DNA of 64,000 nt, from the NCBI GenBank assembly GCA_964016885.1, contig OZ024741.1:45260001-45324000 (forward strand), given 5' to 3'. Below are positions 53,062 through 64,000 of the stretch, one piece after another. Both the position numbers and the translations under genes were made by a program. How positions within the stretch are numbered: the first letter of the stretch is position 1; every line of letters begins with the position of its first letter. This stretch comes from Eledone cirrhosa. Its lineage: Eukaryota. The notes beneath the pieces were generated by a model. It made no database searches and was not told the origin of the DNA. It worked only from the letters and a program-made list of their open reading frames with translations.

Positions 53062-53950
53062 TATATTAAGACAGGGGGGAATAAAAAATGGCTTCACTTG
53101 TGCTTTCAACAAATTTATTTTTTTCACAAAATCCGAAAAGTATTTTTTTCCGGATTAGAAAAAATTTTTTTCTTAAAAAAAATTATTTTATAAATTAAGT
53201 TGTTGGTTGTTGGTTAGGAGTTCTTGGTTAACGTAGGAGGTATTGTTTCGTTTTTAGAACGACCTTTCACGCTGAGGTGCGCTTGTCAAACTGATGTGTA
53301 TGTGGTGTGTTGTTCTATATATAGGGATTTAACATGTCTGTGGTGTGGTGGGGGGGATTCTCCCCCTGTAATAAGTGTATGGGTGTAGGTGTGTTGAAAA
53401 AATGTTAATAGCATTCTTCAGAAAAAAATAATTGTTTACAAACTTGGCAGGTGCGATTTGCCTATGACCATTCTCAACACAAAGGGATACTAAAAGCTTT
53501 TTCCCCTGAATAAAGGAATTTTTCGAGAATGACCGGGGCAGGCCGCAATTGCTACATTTCTCCCCACCCAACCCTACTCACCGTCTCAACTCATTACTGC
53601 TATTAACACTTTTTCAACACACCTACACCCATACACTTATTAAAGGGGGAGAAAAAAAAACCACCACACCACAGACATGTTAAATCCCTATATATAGAAC
53701 AACACACCACATACACATCAGTTTGACAAGCCCACCTCAGCGTGAAAGGTCGTTCTAATAACGAAACAATACCTCCTACGTTAACCAAGAACTCCTAACC
53801 AACAACCAACAACTTAATTTATAAAATAATTTTTTTTAAGAAAAAAAATTTTTCTAATCCGGAAAAGAATTATTTTTGGATTTTGTGAAGAAAATAAATT
53901 TGTTGAAAGCACAAGTGAAGCCATTTTTTCTTCCCCCCTGTCTTAATATA
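53062..53950. repeat. Fold-back with ~350-bp inverted arms (53062-53413 and 53598-53950)
   Basis: The arms are reverse complements with a few substitutions. The flanking ATATCTAATTCTA and ATTGGAAAATGTGTG are duplicated on both sides. Confidence 0.85.
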
Positions 53951-53984
53951 TATATATATATATATATAATTTTATATCTAATTC

Positions 53985-54020
<36 letters not shown>

Positions 54021-54027
54021 CGTGTGT

Positions 54028-54129
<102 letters not shown>

Positions 54130-54585
54130 GGTAAACAGAAATAACAACACAACCGGTACAGTATATATATATATATTGGAAAATGTGTGAAATACTTGGT
54201 ATCGATGAATGTGAGAAAGTTCCCCAAGAAAGATAAGAAGGAATCTTTAAAATTCTTCCCACCGAAGTTAACAATGAACTTACTAGATTTACCAACTCAT
54301 AATATTATAATATCATAAAATTAAATCAAATTATTTAGAACTACGAGTGAAGTCATTCTTTTCCTATATATAGGTGTACTTTTCTCAACCTGATTAGTTC
54401 TATCGTTGCTTTGGTATATATTGTGTGTTAGATTCGCCTACCACAATGTTCGATTTGTCAAGCTATTTAAACGTATGTTATTACTCTAAGGCCCTATCTT
54501 ATCGAGTGCTTTGCTAACTCATCATTTCATATAAGTAGGCCGAATTTACTTGCAAACCGCCAGAGATTCGATTTTACTGATTTCC

Positions 54586-54684
<99 letters not shown>

Positions 54685-54999
54685 AAAGTAAGTTTGTTTT
54701 ATACATCCCACATAGGCAACAATATTGGGAAAATAATTTGAAAATGAAAATAAGTTTTTAAGACGATATATTTATTCGTGATGTGTCTCGTTTTTGACTG
54801 GGTTGGGATATTACTTCCGTTTTATGCATAAAATTGGCCCAGATTGCTATCTCATTAAACTACAATTTGGTTGAGGATGATGACGTGATTAAGTAGAGTA
54901 TTTCGTTATAATGTGTGTGCCCCAAACTGATGATCATGGAAGATTCAACGTTTAAATTAATGTTTTACTATGAAAAATATTCCAATATGCTGGGTATAT

Positions 55000-55869
55000 A
55001 AACCCTGGAGACGGAATATTTTGTACAGCCCTGTCCATGAGACACGAACACACAACTGCAGTTTACAGTTACACAATCGTAACTATTAAAATAAAGCGTC
55101 AACCGACGAAGTTTTCCGTTATTTGTAATTTTAATAACAAATTACGCCCAGAAAATCTTAAAGCGACAATAGAGGTTACACTCACCTCCACATCCAACCG
55201 GGGTGGCAATAGAATTTTGTACAAGAAAAATCTGTATCATTACAAAGATTCAGACTTGGAACAACAGCACGAAAATTATGGAACTGTTCTATATGCCCTT
55301 AACAAGAGGGAAGAATGTTTGTCTCAGGTATCAAAAAGTGTCAAAATTCAAAAGGCTTATGCTAATATAAGTGTTCTGCTTGAGGTGTTGGTGGCGACTG
55401 AAAAAAGCTTTAACCATTATGCCTAAAAAGACGGTGTTGGCCCCATAACCTCACATCTCTTTTCAAGGGCCAAACAATATGTAAACATCTTCAAACGCTT
55501 GAAGAAGCCCTTGAAAAGAGGTACACTGTGGTCTCTGTAAAATAGACCATTTCGAAATGTTCCCCTCTTACATTTGGTGAAAGACGAATTAGACAGCTGG
55601 TGGAACGTAGCATGCTTCGTCATAGAGTGAAGCGAAACCCTACTGGAAGTAAAGAAGGTCCAGAGAAAGAGCTTGTCTGGAATCATTCTGGAAGTATTTC
55701 TCCAGATCAAACCAGAGAAGATTAACAAAATCCCAAGCCTAAATCACATTCCGGTTGGCGTGGATTTACGTCAAGGATGAGGGGAAAACAATCGCACCAA
55801 GTAACTAACCACTACTAACAACTACAGACAACATTAAAAATACCCAGGGTGTCTTCCAGTGAAGCACTC

Positions 55870-55959
<90 letters not shown>

Positions 55960-57370
55960 GCACCTCTATACACATATACATACACATAGACACTCACACA
56001 AACACAAGCACGCTTTTACCCAGATACAAAAGAGATTGGAAAGACACCGGTATCTCCTGATCTCGAACTGAAGATGAACCCCCTCCCAAAAAACACAATA
56101 AAGAAAACACCACTTGCCTCACACATCTTGCCTCACACCAACACACACTTTATAACATATAGGAAAGAGAAACACCAAATCCACAAACACCACAGCCGCA
56201 TTCAACGCAACCACAGCTACCACCCTCAGCTCCAACAAAATTATCAAAACTACAACAACGCACGAAAAGAATACTCACACATCAACCAGCCACACAGACA
56301 CATATCGTCGTGTGAGACCAAAATCTTAGACTCACGCTGGTACGGTGTGCGAGAATCCGATAGAAGCGGGTGTTCAAATGCCTCAGGAACCGGTTCAGGC
56401 AATTCCAACGGTTTGAGTGGTACCGACTAGACTTCTCGAATGTGCCATTGTGGATCTGACTTAAGCAGATCAGGTTTAGATAGGATTTTGAATAGGTTAA
56501 CTGCTAGGGATAGCATAAGCTTTCCACAATTTTAAATGCTCGTTCATGAAGACCATAAATTGACTTAGAATTTTAGAACACGCAGAGACCCGGTAACTGG
56601 AAACTTAATAAGTCGTTCCCGGTGCGTAAAGACCACATTGACCAGATTAGCACATTTGTTAAGCACCAATTGACAAGGCCGACCGTCAACAACAGGTGGA
56701 GAGGCGCTCTCAAGAGAGCGATCAGAGTAGAATTTATAACATTTATTAAAGACGTTGTGATAGAAATGAAATGGATGAGATTGGTAGTTGATAGCTAAAT
56801 TAGAAGCAATTATTAGGAGTGGAATTGTAACCGGCATGCTAGCGGCGAAAATGGTATGAGACCATTTCTTCAATGCGAAACACAAATGTTGCGTTATCAG
56901 AGCTAAGGCGCTGGCCCTAAGAAAGAGGGAACGAAAGCTGTTCGATGGGCCCGAATGGCTAAGTCGCTACCTATCAACAAATCCATGATAGGTTTGACCA
57001 ATACGCGAGCGTGTTTCTGGATTCCAAGAACTTGTGTGCTGCTCTGAAGAGGTAATTTGCAGGCGTGACCCAGACAGTAGCGGAATACAGTTGCTGACTC
57101 AACGACCTAACATGACTCTCTCTTGCTGATGCGGAGTGCTGCAAAAAGCCGATAACAGCAGCAGAATAACTGGAAGATCTGGCTGACTGTACGCGGCGCA
57201 AATAATCCAGTTTAGATGGTCTGCTCTATCAGATTTACGTAGACATGCCTGACTTAAGATGTGCTCGAAGTTATCTACTACAACTGGCAGCAGAACTAGA
57301 GAATCCCCAGTTCTGGGAGTCAGAGTTTAGTAAATCTGTTCGGAAAAGACGAGAAGAAGGGGAAGATAAT
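55000..57370 (+). mobile_element. Decayed Tx1-like element related to 21815-27811
   Basis: Translated pieces FSNVPLW, SRSGLDRI, FFNAKHKCCVIRAK, AECCKKPITAAE and WQQN*RIPSS parallel ORF2 of the intact copy. Interrupted by (CT)n at 55870-55957; 5' boundary approximate. Confidence 0.75.
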
Positions 57371-57768
57371 TTATCTGATACGTGTAGATTTGTTTGTATT
57401 TCAAAATAAGCCTGGTATAAAAATGTTCGGTATAATTCCTTGGTATGTAGTGTGGTGTTAGGCGAGTTTTCTATGTGTGGTTATATCTCTTTGAATTCAC
57501 TATTCCTTTCACAATCTCTTATATTCATTATTCTTCCAACACTTGATATCCCTATGTATATGTGAAGTCGTATTTAAACACCATGCTTCTGTTTACTTGC
57601 TATATGACTCTTTTACTATACTTTTCGTATTTTTACCTTCATATGAAATCTTATATTTCCATAACTGTCATAAATTTTTTGCACCGGCACATCGCACATA
57701 TTGACATACAGGCTCTAAATATACACAACCGCATATATATTTATATATATGTATATATGCTTATATGA

Positions 57769-57872
<104 letters not shown>

Positions 57873-58641
57873 ATTTCGAGGCAGTTTCCAAAACATTCCG
57901 ATAATACAGTGAGCTGAAAAGAATAAAGAACCCTCAAAATGCATAAAAGGAATATCAAATCTGTTTTGTTTTGGTTAATGGTCGCAGTTTGAAAAACGCA
58001 CAAGCTTTTACTGAATTCCTTCTAAAAATTGTTGAAAAGGACATAGATATCGGGCACAATGCTTCCCAATTCTAAATAAACAGATCATAGACAATAGGGT
58101 ATATTCCTTTCTTTTTATCACTTCAGTCTAATATTTCATAAATTGAAAGGTAGAGCCCATATATATTTTAAGAAAGCGTTGATTAACGGCTGAAGAAAGC
58201 TTAATTGAAGCGAAATCTTTAGTAAATTTTTCCTTCCAGTGATGAAACTGGCAACGTCAATATCGGTCAATAAGGTGCATATGCAAACATCAAGACAAAT
58301 TCTATGAAGAGATAGATAGCTTTCATATACATACATATATGTTTTTGTCTCCTCTTGCAGCATATAGCGACATATCCAAAATTAAAATCTCATAACAATA
58401 TCATTGTATACATGTTCAGCCTCTGAAGGCAACAAAATGATATTCTAATGCTTTTAAAATGTACATAATGGATGTGATGTAAGAATAAAAACTGAATTGA
58501 AATACGGAAAACCGTCTCATCTTTTAATTTGATACCATATAGGCTATACATTTATGGATACCTATGACGTGGATTGCTTACGCTTGATTACACTAGAGTT
58601 AATTGATCGTTAGATTAACCAACACGGGTTATTGAGCTGAA

Positions 58642-58689
<48 letters not shown>

Positions 58690-58745
58690 TTCGTTTCTGA
58701 ATTTGTTTAGCAAGATTCTTTATCTGAAAACGTGTGTTGAAACCG

Positions 58746-59159
58746 ATATTGTTATACTTTGGGAGGGTCATATTGCCAATAAGAAACACACGCACCAGAG
58801 GGTTCCACTCCAATTTATTATAAATTAAAACATTTTTTTTTATTTAAAAAATTTTTTTATAAATTTCCGGTTGGTTGGTTGGTTGGTTTCCCAACCGGAC
58901 GGTTGTTGATATATTGTCAAAGTTCTTTCGTTAGATATTCTGTGACCTCTTCAGTGACTGGGGATTCTTTTCTTTGTTTTGTGCCCCTCCTTTGTTCTGT
59001 CCTAAGCCATCTTGTTTTTGTGGAACTAAAAACCAACCGGAAATGTATAAAAACAGTTTTTAAATTAAAAAAAAAAGTGTTTAATTTATAATAAATTGGA
59101 GTGAAAGCAACTGGTGCGTGTGTTTCTTATTGGCAACATGACCCCCCCCCCCAAAGTAT

Positions 59160-59167
<8 letters not shown>
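58746..59167. repeat. Inverted repeat (~130-bp arms) beside a decayed hammerhead-like motif at 58721-58756
   Basis: ATATTGTTATACTTTGGG...TTCCGGTTGGTT versus AACCAACCGGAA...CCCAAAGTATAACAATAT; motif TAT-CTGAAAA-cgtgtgtt-GAAAC cgatatt GTT-ATA. Confidence 0.75.
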
Positions 59168-59208
<41 letters not shown>

Positions 59209-59246
59209 ATTAAATAAATGGAAACTATATTTATAAAACCATATCT

Positions 59247-59310
59247 ATTTCATTATATATATTTCAGGGATATCATATTAACAATATGCTATGCCTTCCT
59301 CAGACAAAAT
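59247..59310 (-). ncRNA. Type I hammerhead (mirror of 59377-59440)
   Basis: Reverse complement of the plus-strand motif. Confidence 0.75.
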
Positions 59311-59376
59311 ACAATATAAACAGTTTTATAGATAAATAGATTCGAATCTATTTATCTATAAAACTGTTTATATTGT

Positions 59377-59440
59377 ATTTTGTCTGAGGAAGGCATAGCA
59401 TATTGTTAATATGATATCCCTGAAATATATATAATGAAAT
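59377..59440 (+). ncRNA. Type I hammerhead, AUA triplet, palindromic AUAU loop III
   Basis: ATTTTGT-CTGAGGA-AGG...CATATT gtt AATATG...CCT-GAAA-T atat ATA-ATGAAAT. 7-bp stem I with two GU pairs. Confidence 0.75.
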
Positions 59441-59570
59441 AGATATGGTTTTATAAATATAGTTTCCATTTATTTAATATTGTAAATATACTCCAAATAT
59501 TTGTCGAGTGCTTTTATATCAGTTATAAATATTTACTAGTTGTAACCCAACAATTTAAATATAACTTTCC

Positions 59571-59614
<44 letters not shown>

Positions 59615-59675
59615 CCCAAGACTCTGATACCATGAACACTATAAACACAGAGCTGGCATATCTAAGAACTGACTA

Positions 59676-59731
59676 ACTGCCTCATGAGGTCATAGCCATT
59701 CAATGGCTATCATCGAAATATATATAGCAGT
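59676..59731 (+). ncRNA. Hammerhead fossil with G5C core mutation (CUCAUGA)
   Basis: ACTGC-CTCATGA-GGTc ATAGCCAT tca ATGGCTAT cATC-GAAA-T atat ATA-GCAGT, followed by AATAAA. Confidence 0.65.
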
Positions 59732-59797
59732 AAATAAAGGATTATGAGTTCATACAATTGACTTATGTTTCGTCACTATATATATATATATATATAT

Positions 59798-60410
59798 TTA
59801 TCCATTTATTTTGAGACTTGAAACCGCGCGGTAAGGGTAAATATAGTAAGTACAGTAAACTTTTTAAAATTTATTTTAAAACTTTTTCTCTATTTGCTAA
59901 AGCTTGGTTATATATATATTTTCTGGCTCGTTAATTTATTAACATGCCATAGAACCACATTGGCATACGTTGGATAATACATGTGTCCCTATATGCATTT
60001 TTTGCACGTACGAAAACATACTTTATTATTATTAATCTCCCCCAAGGTCGAGATAACATTTTGGTCGCTGTTACTGCTGCTATTTCTAGTGGCAGGACAT
60101 TGATATCCGCTCCTGCCTTCTATCTTTACACACGGCACTAGACAAGATTGTTTCTTTATCATACACTCTCATCCGGGAACTGTTCTATATGGCGCCAGTT
60201 CGTGATTTGAACTCGGGAATTTTATATTCTCCGAGTGAGAAGAAGCCTCTGACGAGGGTCTCCTTCTCAATGGTGGGCCGCATGGATTATCCATTTATTT
60301 TGAGACATGAAACCGCGCGGTAAGGGTAAATATAGTAAGTACAGTAAACTTTTTTAAAATTTATTTTAAAACTTTTTCTCCATTTGCTAAACCTTGATTA
60401 TATATATATA
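59798..60410 (+). mobile_element. Partial-tandem hammerhead element (~490-bp period), retrozyme/pLTR-like, in (TA)n
   Basis: ~120-bp direct repeats at 59798 and ~60287. The first repeat begins inside the hammerhead. Confidence 0.75.
60246..60325 (+). ncRNA. Type I hammerhead with palindromic ACCGCGCGGT stem III
   Basis: CCT-CTGACGA-ggGTCTC...GAGACat-GAAA-C cgcgcg GTA-AGG. Confidence 0.75.
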
Positions 60411-60654
60411 TATATATATATATCAAACACTTTAAGCCAGTGTTAAAGCCCGATGGCTAAAAACGACCTCCCCCTATTGGCCCTTATACCTCCTTCCGAC
60501 CCTACCCCCACCCCTCCTCAACCTGAAATACGGCCACTATGGTTATGTGAGTACCTCTTACCTATCTGCATTCTCTGCCTGTAGAGCTGTTTTTATGTCC
60601 CTGTGTATATGCGTATATTTATTGAGTACTTATTTATTTGTTAGTGTACATATT

Positions 60655-60848
60655 TGTGTGTATGTATGTATATGTATGTGTATGTTTATGTATATGTATG
60701 TATGTGTATGTGTGCACATATGTATGTGTGTGTGTGTATATATATATTTATATATGTATGTGTATATATGTGTATATATATGTATAGGTGTATATGTGTA
60801 TGTATGTGCATGTGTGTATATGTGTATATGTATGTATGTGTGTGTGTG

Positions 60849-60923
<75 letters not shown>

Positions 60924-61022
60924 ATGTATGTGTGTATGTGTGTGTATGTATATATATGTGTGTGTATGCAGGTATGTATGTGTATATATGTATCTATATG
61001 TATGTGTATGTATGTATATGTG

Positions 61023-61099
<77 letters not shown>

Positions 61100-61118
61100 A
61101 TATGTGTATGTGTATTTG

Positions 61119-61173
<55 letters not shown>

Positions 61174-61260
61174 TTGTGTGTTTGTGTGTGTATATATGTA
61201 TATATGTATATATATATATATGTGTGTGTATGTGTATATGTATATGTTTATATATATATA
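60655..61260. repeat. Compound (TA)n/(TG)n microsatellite
   Basis: Read directly. Confidence 0.95.
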
Positions 61261-62250
61261 TGAAAGACGTAAAATAAGACAATTTTAAAAATTAAAAATT
61301 AACTTACTTACTAAAATTTTCACTCCAACTAATTAGTTTCTGTAATAGGATAAAGATAGTTACGCAATGTAACAATCTAGAATTCATTACGTCATCAATA
61401 AGTCTATTCTCAGCTAAGACTCCAGGCAATGCGCGGACACTAGGGACTCATATAAATAATAATAATTCGGTGGATGGAACAGCTAGCGGGGACTGAATTC
61501 CAAAGCACTGAAAAAGTTCACTGTCTCTGGTCAAATGGCAGATTCTTTAGTAAGTAAGTTAATTTTTAATTTTTAAAATTTTCTTACTTTACGTCTTTCA
61601 TATAATTGTTCTGCATCCTCCTGCATTGAACCACCTAGGTACTATAACATAACTTATGTATTTGCTAGCATTAGTGTACATATGTACGCATATGTTGGTA
61701 AATATACTAATTCTCTATATTTATCTCCAAATTATTTATTTGTTGAGCAAACCTGCCAAATCCACTACTAACTCATTGTAGTGGTAGTAGGCTTTTGTCA
61801 TTTTACCACCCCACTCCTTCCGACTAGCCTCAGTGTCACGTGATTGATTCTTTAGAATCTGCCATTTGACCAGAGACAGTGAACTTTTTCAGTGCTTTGG
61901 AATTTAGTCCCCGCTAGCTGTTCCATCCACCGAATTATTATTATTTATATGAGTCCCTAGTGTCCGCGCATTGCCTGGAGACTTAGCTGAGAATAGACAC
62001 CCTGATGACGTAATGAATTCTCGATTGTTACATTGCGTAACTATCTTTATCCCATTACAGAAACTAATTAGTTGGAGTGAAAATTTTAGTAAGTAAGTTA
62101 ATTTTTAATTTTTAAAATTTTCTTATTTTACGTCTTTCATATAATTGATCTGAATCCTCCTGCACTAGGTACTATGACATAACTTATGTATTTGCTAGCA
62201 TTAGTGTACATCTGTACGCATATGTTGGTAAATATACTAATTCTCTCTCT
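61257..62250 (+). mobile_element. Penelope pLTR-like element: inverted 290-bp arm plus 539-bp-period partial tandem, with hammerhead
   Basis: 61257-61546 is the inverse of 61854-62143. Direct repeats start at 61547 and 62086. Flanked by (TA)n. Confidence 0.8.
61997..62078 (+). ncRNA. Type I hammerhead with long stem II, GUU triplet
   Basis: ACACC-CTGATGA-cGTAATG...CATTACa-GAAA-C taatta GTT-GGAGT. Stem I has one mismatch. The mirror copy (61323-61400) has TTGATGA and has lost stem I. Confidence 0.65.
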
Positions 62251-62482
62251 ATATATATATGTATATATATATGTGTATATATATGTATGTATATATATGT
62301 GTATATATATATATATATATGTGTATATATGTATGTATGTGTGTGTATATGTGTGTGTGCGTCTGCGTACGTGTATATATTTTTAAATCGATCGACTTTC
62401 GTCAAATCGGACGGAGGAAACAATGTTTCTATCGGTCTTTCCAGTTGCTAATACTATCTATCGGTCGCAACTCCAGGTAGAA

Positions 62483-62603
62483 GGAGCAACGTGAAATAAA
62501 ATGTCTTGCTCAAGGACATAACGCATCGACCGGTCCAGGACTCGAACCCACAACCTCAAGATTGTGAATCCAATTCTCTAACCACTCAGCCACACGCCTT
62601 CAC
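62483..62603 (-). mobile_element. tRNA-headed CORE-type SINE fragment
   Basis: Reverse complement: A box TGGCTGAGTGG, B box GGTTCGAGTCC, then GTCCTTGAGCAAGACATTTTATTTCACGTTGCTCC (CORE-like). Confidence 0.8.
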
Positions 62604-62611
62604 TACACGTG

Positions 62612-62676
<65 letters not shown>

Positions 62677-62771
62677 GTATATGTGTATATATATATGTGT
62701 GTATATGAGTATATATGTATGTGTGTATGTATGTATATGTATGTATATGTATGTGTGTGTGTATATATATA

Positions 62772-62858
<87 letters not shown>

Positions 62859-62939
62859 GTGTATGTGTGTGTATACATTTATATGTGTATATGTATATAT
62901 GTTTGTGTGTGTGTATATATATGTATATGTATATGTATG

Positions 62940-62973
<34 letters not shown>

Positions 62974-62978
62974 TGTAT

Positions 62979-63588
62979 GTCAGGTCACCAGTTGGTGCTA
63001 CTGGTAACATGTATCCCAGTACAACCTGTCTCATGGTCGGGTCGTTGGCGACTAAACTGGCAATCCCACCAAGGTTTCTTGGTGAGGAGGGTGACTTTGG
63101 ACATCCTGCGGGACTAAAAACGAAACCTGTCAAAGGGAAAAGGAGCTCTTAAGAGTCAATGGCCATCCAAAATCACCGGGAGAGATGACCCCTTAGCCTT
63201 TGTCAAGGCAGAATTCTAGGAGAAGGAAAACTCTCATATAACACCTGCAACTCTGATGGTATCCAATGATGTTGACTTGTTCTTCTTTTTGGTAAATATC
63301 ATCTTGGTTAAGAGAGTGGGACTGGCTTTGTGCAGTGCCTTTGCTCACTATAAAAGCTTCACGGCACAGGTATTGCTTTACATCTGGTGATCTCTCTGAA
63401 CTTGTCGTCACATGGTACCATGGGCCCAACACTATGTGTCAATAATTATCACAAGTGTAGTGTTTGTACCAGAGTTTTCAAGTCGATGGCTGGACTAAAA
63501 AGTCACACTTGTTTAGCGCATCGGCAGGGGTTCTCCTACATGGATGTAAAGTAGTGGCCGTACTCGAAAACGAGTTGGCAGCCACCAT
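62979..63588 (+). mobile_element. Non-autonomous RTE-derived element (5' leader fused to ORF C-terminus and 3' tail) in (TATG)n
   Basis: Contains the C2H2-like remnant KCSVCTRVFKSMAGLKSH and a terminal hairpin CTCG aaaa CGAG; the 5' leader is structured. Confidence 0.7.
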
Positions 63589-63680
63589 ATATATATGTAT
63601 GTACATATATATGTATATATATATGTATGTATGTATATATATATGTATGTATGTATGTATGTATATACATATTCGCGTAT

Positions 63681-64000
63681 GTCAGGTCACCAGTTGGTGC
63701 TACTGGTAACATGTATCCCAGTACAACCTGTCTCATAGTCGGGTCGTTGGCGACTAAATTGGCAACCCAACCAAAGCTTCTTGGTGAGGAGGGTGACTTT
63801 GGACATCCTGCAGGACTAAAAACAAAATCTGTCAAAGGAGCTCTTAAGAGCCAATGGCCATCCAAAATCACCGGGAGAGATGACCCCTTAGCCTTTGTCA
63901 GGGCAGAATTCTAGGAGAAGGAAAACTCTGATATAAGACCTGCAACCCTGATGGTATCCAATGATGTTGACTTGTTCTTCTTTTTGGTAAATATCATCTT
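63681..64000 (+). mobile_element. Second tandem copy of the RTE-derived element (cut by the window end)
   Basis: Near-identical to 62979-63305. Confidence 0.8.

Larger units (their letters stand above)
59203..59484. repeat. 282-bp spacerless palindrome centred on TTC|GAA (59343/59344)
   Basis: The arms appear to be exact reverse complements; each holds a hammerhead. Confidence 0.9.

Noticed and set aside
53716-53786. Possible fourth UUGACAA hammerhead
   Set aside because: Stem I does not pair in register and stem II is unsupported.
62530-62603. Possible tRNA gene
   Set aside because: It has A and B boxes but runs into a CORE-like domain and lacks a proper acceptor stem, so it is a SINE head.
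63050-63100. Twister ribozyme suggested by TAA...GGAGGG
   Set aside because: It lacks the P4/L4 UCCCAAGC element and the pseudoknot pairings.

Overview
Eukaryotic, AT-rich, repeat-saturated DNA with no recognisable host gene. The tRNA-derived SINE families and the (TA)n/(CA)n/(TATG)n microsatellite load resemble an octopus (cephalopod) genome; this is an inference. The coding content is all retrotransposon: several R4/Dong-type RLE non-LTR elements (one young 5'-truncated copy with a 704-aa open RT-CCHC-RLE frame and a near-identical short copy), one full-length Tx1/L1-clade element with few inactivating mutations plus a decayed relative, and faint RTE, Penelope (GIY-YIG) and Gypsy remnants. 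Each retroelement class sits in a characteristic microsatellite: (TAA)n, (TATG)n or (TA)n. The main unexplained signal is that the short non-coding islands between (TA)n tracts carry type I hammerhead ribozyme folds. I count about 11 near-intact and about 7 decayed motifs from many sequence-unrelated families, arranged as partial tandems, long inverted repeats or head-to-head palindromes, as in Penelope pseudo-LTRs and retrozymes. Three unrelated families share a compensatory UUGANAA (U3:A8) core in place of CUGANGA. All folds were derived by eye and none has been tested.
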